Under the pieces are notes generated by a model that was not told the origin of the DNA, ran no database searches, and was given only the letters and a program-made list of their open reading frames with translations. The position numbers were made by a program, and so were the translations under genes. A DNA stretch of 64,000 nt. Origin: Ginglymostoma cirratum. Its lineage: Eukaryota. Of the stretch, positions 59,400 to 64,000 are shown in pieces. The DNA is taken from NCBI GenBank assembly GCA_024137785.1, contig JAHRHZ010000022.1:23637434-23701433 (forward strand), written 5' to 3'. The first letter of the stretch is position 1, and each line of letters begins with the position of its first letter.

Positions 59400-60525
59400 A
59401 CTCCCAAATGTTGGAATTGGTGGATTCAGTGATGGTAAATATTGAAATATCAAGGGAAGATGGTTAGACTCTCTTATGTTGAAAATGGCCATCACCTGGC
59501 ACTTTTATGTTACATGAATCATGGACTCCCTGCAGTGTGGAACAAGGCTATTCGGTCCGTTACATCCACACTGACTCCCAAAACAGCACCCCAACCAGAC
59601 CTAGCCTCTGGCCCTATCCCTGCATTTACCTATCCTCTGAAGAACATTCCACCCACAGACACCCCATCCCTGTGACCCTTCATTTCCCATTGCCAATCCA
59701 CCTAACCTGCACATCTTTAGACTGTGGGAGGAAAACCACACAGATATGGGGAGAATGGGCAAGTTCCACTCAGATAGTGCCCAAGGCTGCGATTTGAACC
59801 TGGGTTCCTAGCATTGTGAGGCAGCAGTGCTAACCACTAAGATTCTGTGTCACTCCCCCCTTCACTTGGCACGAATGTCACGTGCCACTTGTCAACCCAA
59901 ACCCGATTGCTGTCTGGGTCTTGTTGTTTGTGGGTATGGACTGCTTCAGCGTCTAAAATTTGTGAATTTTACTAAAGATTGTGCAATCATCCCCACTTCT
60001 GAGCTTGTGATGGAGGGAGGATGGCTGAGTCAAGGACATTACCCTGAGGAACACTGACCATGATGCTTGGGCACTAAGATGATTGGCCTCCAATAATCAC
60101 AACCATCATTTTTATATAGAGCTTCCCCCTTGCTCCCCACTGACTTCAACTTTTCTGGGGCTGGTTTCTATACCTAGTCAAATGCTGCCTAGACTTCAGA
60201 AGGAGTCACTCTCACTGCACCTCAGAGGTTGAGCTCTGTTGTTTGAACCATGATTGTCATAAGGTCTGAAGCAGAGTGGTCCTGGCAAAACCCAACTGAA
60301 CACCTGAGATGATGATGTTATTAATGTGTAAGTCCACTTGGTAGCATTGTCAACCATACTTTTAGTCACTTTGCTGATGATCAAGAGTAGACTGATGATG
60401 CAACATTTGGCCAGATTGGAACTGACCCATTTTTTGTTGATCTGGACAAACCTGGGCAAGTTTCCTTCTTATTGGGGAAATGCCAGTCCTGTGGTTGTAT
60501 TGGAACAGTTTGGCAAAGGATGCAG
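59400..60525 (-). mobile_element. CR1-group RT fragment interrupted by HE1
   Basis: Minus frame LLIISKVTKSMVD...QVFSWVLPGP, plus SVPQGNVL at about 60030-60055. Confidence 0.6.
59520..59850 (-). mobile_element. HE1-type V-SINE
   Basis: CCACCTAACCTGCACATCTTTAGACTGTGGGAGGAAA...GTGAGGCAGCAGTGCTAACCACT. Confidence 0.85.
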
Positions 60526-61139
60526 TTAGCTCTTTAGTTTGCCCCTAAAGCAAATTGTTGGGGTAGGGGGAGGTCAGATCACAAACAATTCAACACTTCA
60601 CCTTGCTGGCAACGAGTAGACTGCATGTTGTTTGGGGAGAACCACAAGCTCTTGTACATAGTACAGATATAAATACTAACAGCAGTTGGTGAGGGCAGCA
60701 GTCAAGTGCTGACCTGAGGGGCGTTTGCAGAGGACACTGACAATTTGCTTCCACATGAGGTAACAAATCTCCTGTAATTCATTGAAATAGCAGGGTAGCA
60801 CGACAATACTGTGCTGCTGCTGCACTTTATATCTGTCTCCTGCACCCCGAGGTACAAGTGCACCTCACAATCATGATAGGCTGTCCATTAGCATTAATAA
60901 TATGAGGTGAATTTTACGGGCTAGTTTGATTCTGGTTGGCTTTACTTTTCTGTTCTAATTCCTTTCCATTTGTTAGTTTTTTTTTATGTAGGGACCAACC
61001 AGCCAGAATGTAGTAAACAAAGCCTGGTGTAATGGTGTTATTAACAAACTATTACCTGAATTCGATACACTCTGTATGTATCACAATACTCCAGTCTGAT
61101 CAGGTTATGTAGTGGTCATGGTGCAGCCAATTTGAAAAG

Positions 61140-61425
61140 AAGAACATGCATTTCTATAGTGCCTTCCATGGCCTTGAAGTGTTCTTTTTTTCAGCGCAGC
61201 CACAGTTGTCAATGGAGGAGTCACAACTGCCAATTATGGACACCAAGGACCCACAAACAGCAAAGTGAAAAAGAAAAGATTATTTGTCTTTTAGTGACAT
61301 TAGTTGACAGATAAATACTAGTTGGACACAGGGTGGATGCCCTAGTCCTTCTTCCAAATAGTGCTGCGGGGTCTTTTCTGATGGTAGATGAGGGCTCGGT
61401 TTGACATAACCTTGGAAAGATGGTG
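61140..61425 (-). mobile_element. DeuSINE 3' part
   Basis: ACATGCATTTCTATAGTGCCTT...CCCACAAACAGCAA...CTTCCAAATAGTGC. Confidence 0.6.
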
Positions 61426-63189
61426 GAGGAGGGGAAGACAATGGAACAATTCAATTTTCAAATCCAACATGAAAGGGACACTCAGGCACCCGATGAGTTC
61501 AACTGGTTGTGGGAACAGAGGAATTAAGTGACAACCAGGTACCGCCTCTAGTCCTAACCAACTCCACCCCCCACCCACCTCAGTCCATCGGATCCCCTCT
61601 GTACACATTACATTGAAGGTCAGTTGTGGAGCCCCCGCTCTCAAGTTTAAGTCATCCCTGATAATATCAATCAAGTGCAGGCAAGGTATCAGATGCTCGG
61701 TACATCCAGATCAAGTGAAACCCAATCCCATCTCAATCTAACGGTCATCCATCATGTTAGGAGACCACACCATAAAGAATTCCCTTTCTTGTAGGACTTT
61801 GCCTTGTTACCTGTTAGTTTGCTTAATACTGGAGTACTGGCTGGGTTATTTGCAATCAAGAGTTCAAAATGCTTCTTATCAGTCACGTAAAATTGAGTAT
61901 AGTCAAAAGAATTTTCACGCTTTCTAACTTTCTTCTTATTTTGTTGTTCTTTTTCTTTGTTATTTATATTAATGGATGTCAGGGGAGCTTTGGAGGGAGG
62001 CCTGACCAACATTCCACCCTTAATTAATGGCAACGATTGTTTCCTAGTCTGTGTAAAAATGGGAGTTGAACTAGATATCACTTGCACATTGGCTGCAGTG
62101 TGTAAAATAGCCACTTCTTTTGCTCATAAGCCTGTAATTATTATTTCAATATATATGCACTATCTTAAACATGTTTCAAAATCATTTGTTGTGTGCAATA
62201 CATTTAGACATTTCAGAGATGCAAGCAAAATGCTCAGTCATTCCGTTTCCTGTAAAAATGTAATTATATTTACTGTTGAAGGAAGAGTGAGATAAATACT
62301 TGAAAAAATTTGCAGATCTCTGTGGAAAGGAGAGAGGAATGGAATCAACTAGACAACTGCTTCTGGGAACTAGTGCATATACAGTAGGCTGAATGGTCTC
62401 CTTCCATATTGTATGTACTATGTTTCTGTTCTGCATGAACTTGACAAAATCTCTTTTCGATAACTATTTTCTGCACATCCCACCACACACACATATACAC
62501 ATGCCACTAAAAAGCATACTCGTGTACATGCATGCACATATCCATGTACACAATCACATGTGCACGTGCCCCCAACATACGTGTACACACAAACACAATG
62601 AGTTTGTACTTGAAGTCCAGCAGCAGGGGTTTAGAAGTGGCCCCAGTGACTATTAAAACAGTTCTCTAAAAGTCATCAATCTGAAAGCTAATATTGCCTT
62701 ATATCCCAGCCTCTATTTGCCACAATTGGCAATGAAAACCATGATAATTATCAGAAGACAATCAGTAAAGTGTCCCTGACTTCCAGCTTGACATTGTAAA
62801 TCACCTTTTTCTTGGTACTGAAAAGTTAGGTTCCACTGTTTAATGTGACAAAGACCTTTGCCTATAGGGAGCACGTTGCCTGGTCAGCTTGTTAACTGTC
62901 TAGTCACAGGTTAAAGCTACCATAGATTTACAAAGAGAAGCTCATGACCTATTCTAGAACCTGCTCCATTGTGTCCTCCAGTACCTGACCTTCACCTGTA
63001 TGGACCATACTTAATTCATAAGGGGTTCAATCTTGGCTGGCCTGGGTGGCAAATTTGGTCTGCCTGTTTCAGTCCTTACTTGTCATAGGTACCCAGGTAC
63101 TCTCCTGAGTGAGCAATCAGAACAAGAAGCCTATTGATGTTTGTGCCCTTGAGCTCAGAATTACAGAGAAAGAACTGACGTTATTTTCA

Positions 63190-63680
63190 CAACCTCTGGA
63201 ATTTGTAAAATGCTTCATGGCCAATAGAGTGCTATTGTGTACCCTGTGTTGTAATATCAGAAACAAGTAGTCAATTTGCGCAGAGCAAGGTCCCATAAAT
63301 GACAACAAAATAGTTTTCCAGATAATCAGCTTTTTAGTGATGATGTTTGTGTTTTTACATTAGATGCGATGCTATGCTGTCCTTTGAAATATTGCCTTGG
63401 GATCTTTTAATGTTTACTTGAGAGGGGAGGTGGAACGTCAGTTTAAAGTATCATATGCAAATCAGCAACGCCCAGGCACTCCCTCAGGACTAGGTGAATG
63501 ATGATGACGGGTCTAGGCCCGAAACGTCAAGTTTTCCTGCTCCTATGATGCTGCTTGACCTGCTGTGTTCATCCAGCCCCACGCTTGTTATCTCGGATTC
63601 TCCTGCATCTGCAGTACCTTTTATCTCCCTCAGGACTGCACTGTATGCTCAGGTTTCTGGAATGTGACTGGAATTCACAA
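63190..63680 (-). mobile_element. DeuSINE interrupted by a Penelope-like terminus
   Basis: GCAAGGTCCCATAAATGAC...CAGATAATC...GCACTCCCTCAGGACT|...|GCACTG. Confidence 0.65.
63492..63624 (+). mobile_element. Penelope-like terminus (family A) with a near-intact hammerhead
   Basis: ATGATGA-C-GGGTCTAGGCCC-GAAAC-GTC-AAG, lacking C3. TSD CTCCCTCAGGACT at 63479-63491 and 63625-63637. Confidence 0.85.
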
Positions 63681-64000
63681 CATTGACTCGTGGACAACTG
63701 ACAATAATGACAATTGCAGTTGCTGTGCCTTGTTGTATGACTTTATGACTGGGATCAATGTGCTTAGTATGATCCTTCCTGATCAGTGAGTCTGAGTCTC
63801 ACACAGGGATGTGCATTCACCCCATGAGCCACCAGTTTTTAAGCCTGTTTTCTCACACATTCCGTCTATAATTTATCCATTAATAGATTGCCTTCCAGAT
63901 GAAGAGGAGAAAGCCCATGTGAGATGCTGTACTTAGACTTCCAAATGAGCCTTCCTCCCGAAAGACTGTGACTGAGAGCAGTGATTATACTTCAGAAGAA

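Noticed and set aside
1-64000. Supplied ORFs as genes
   Set aside because: All are 153 aa or shorter, many overlap on both strands, and the recognisable ones are SINE or LINE translations. I found no chain of coding exons.

Overview
Vertebrate nuclear DNA, almost certainly from a shark or other elasmobranch. This is inferred from HE1-type V-SINEs, SacSINE1/AmnSINE1-type DeuSINEs and CR1/HER1-type LINE debris. I found no intact, recognisable protein-coding gene; the ORF track is mostly chance ORFs or decayed transposon frames. The window is a repeat-rich intronic or intergenic region containing remnants of CR1, L2, RTE, Tx1 and Ingi/Vingi-like LINEs, a Gypsy gag-protease fossil, solo LTRs, Harbinger (PIF) transposase and Myb/SANT remnants, and a Penelope GIY-YIG endonuclease remnant. 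The most notable signal is about 15 short Penelope-like termini, most carrying intact or decayed minimal hammerhead-ribozyme motifs (CUGANGA-helix II-GAAA-palindromic helix III) from at least three sequence families. Several are arranged as asymmetric hairpins with 11-14 bp target-site duplications. Repeat-free islands include an E2F/NF-Y promoter-like CpG-rich patch (about 4.7-5.0 kb), several enhancer-like blocks and a few candidate exons. All family assignments come from motif recognition by eye, not database searches, and repeat boundaries are approximate unless a TSD is quoted.
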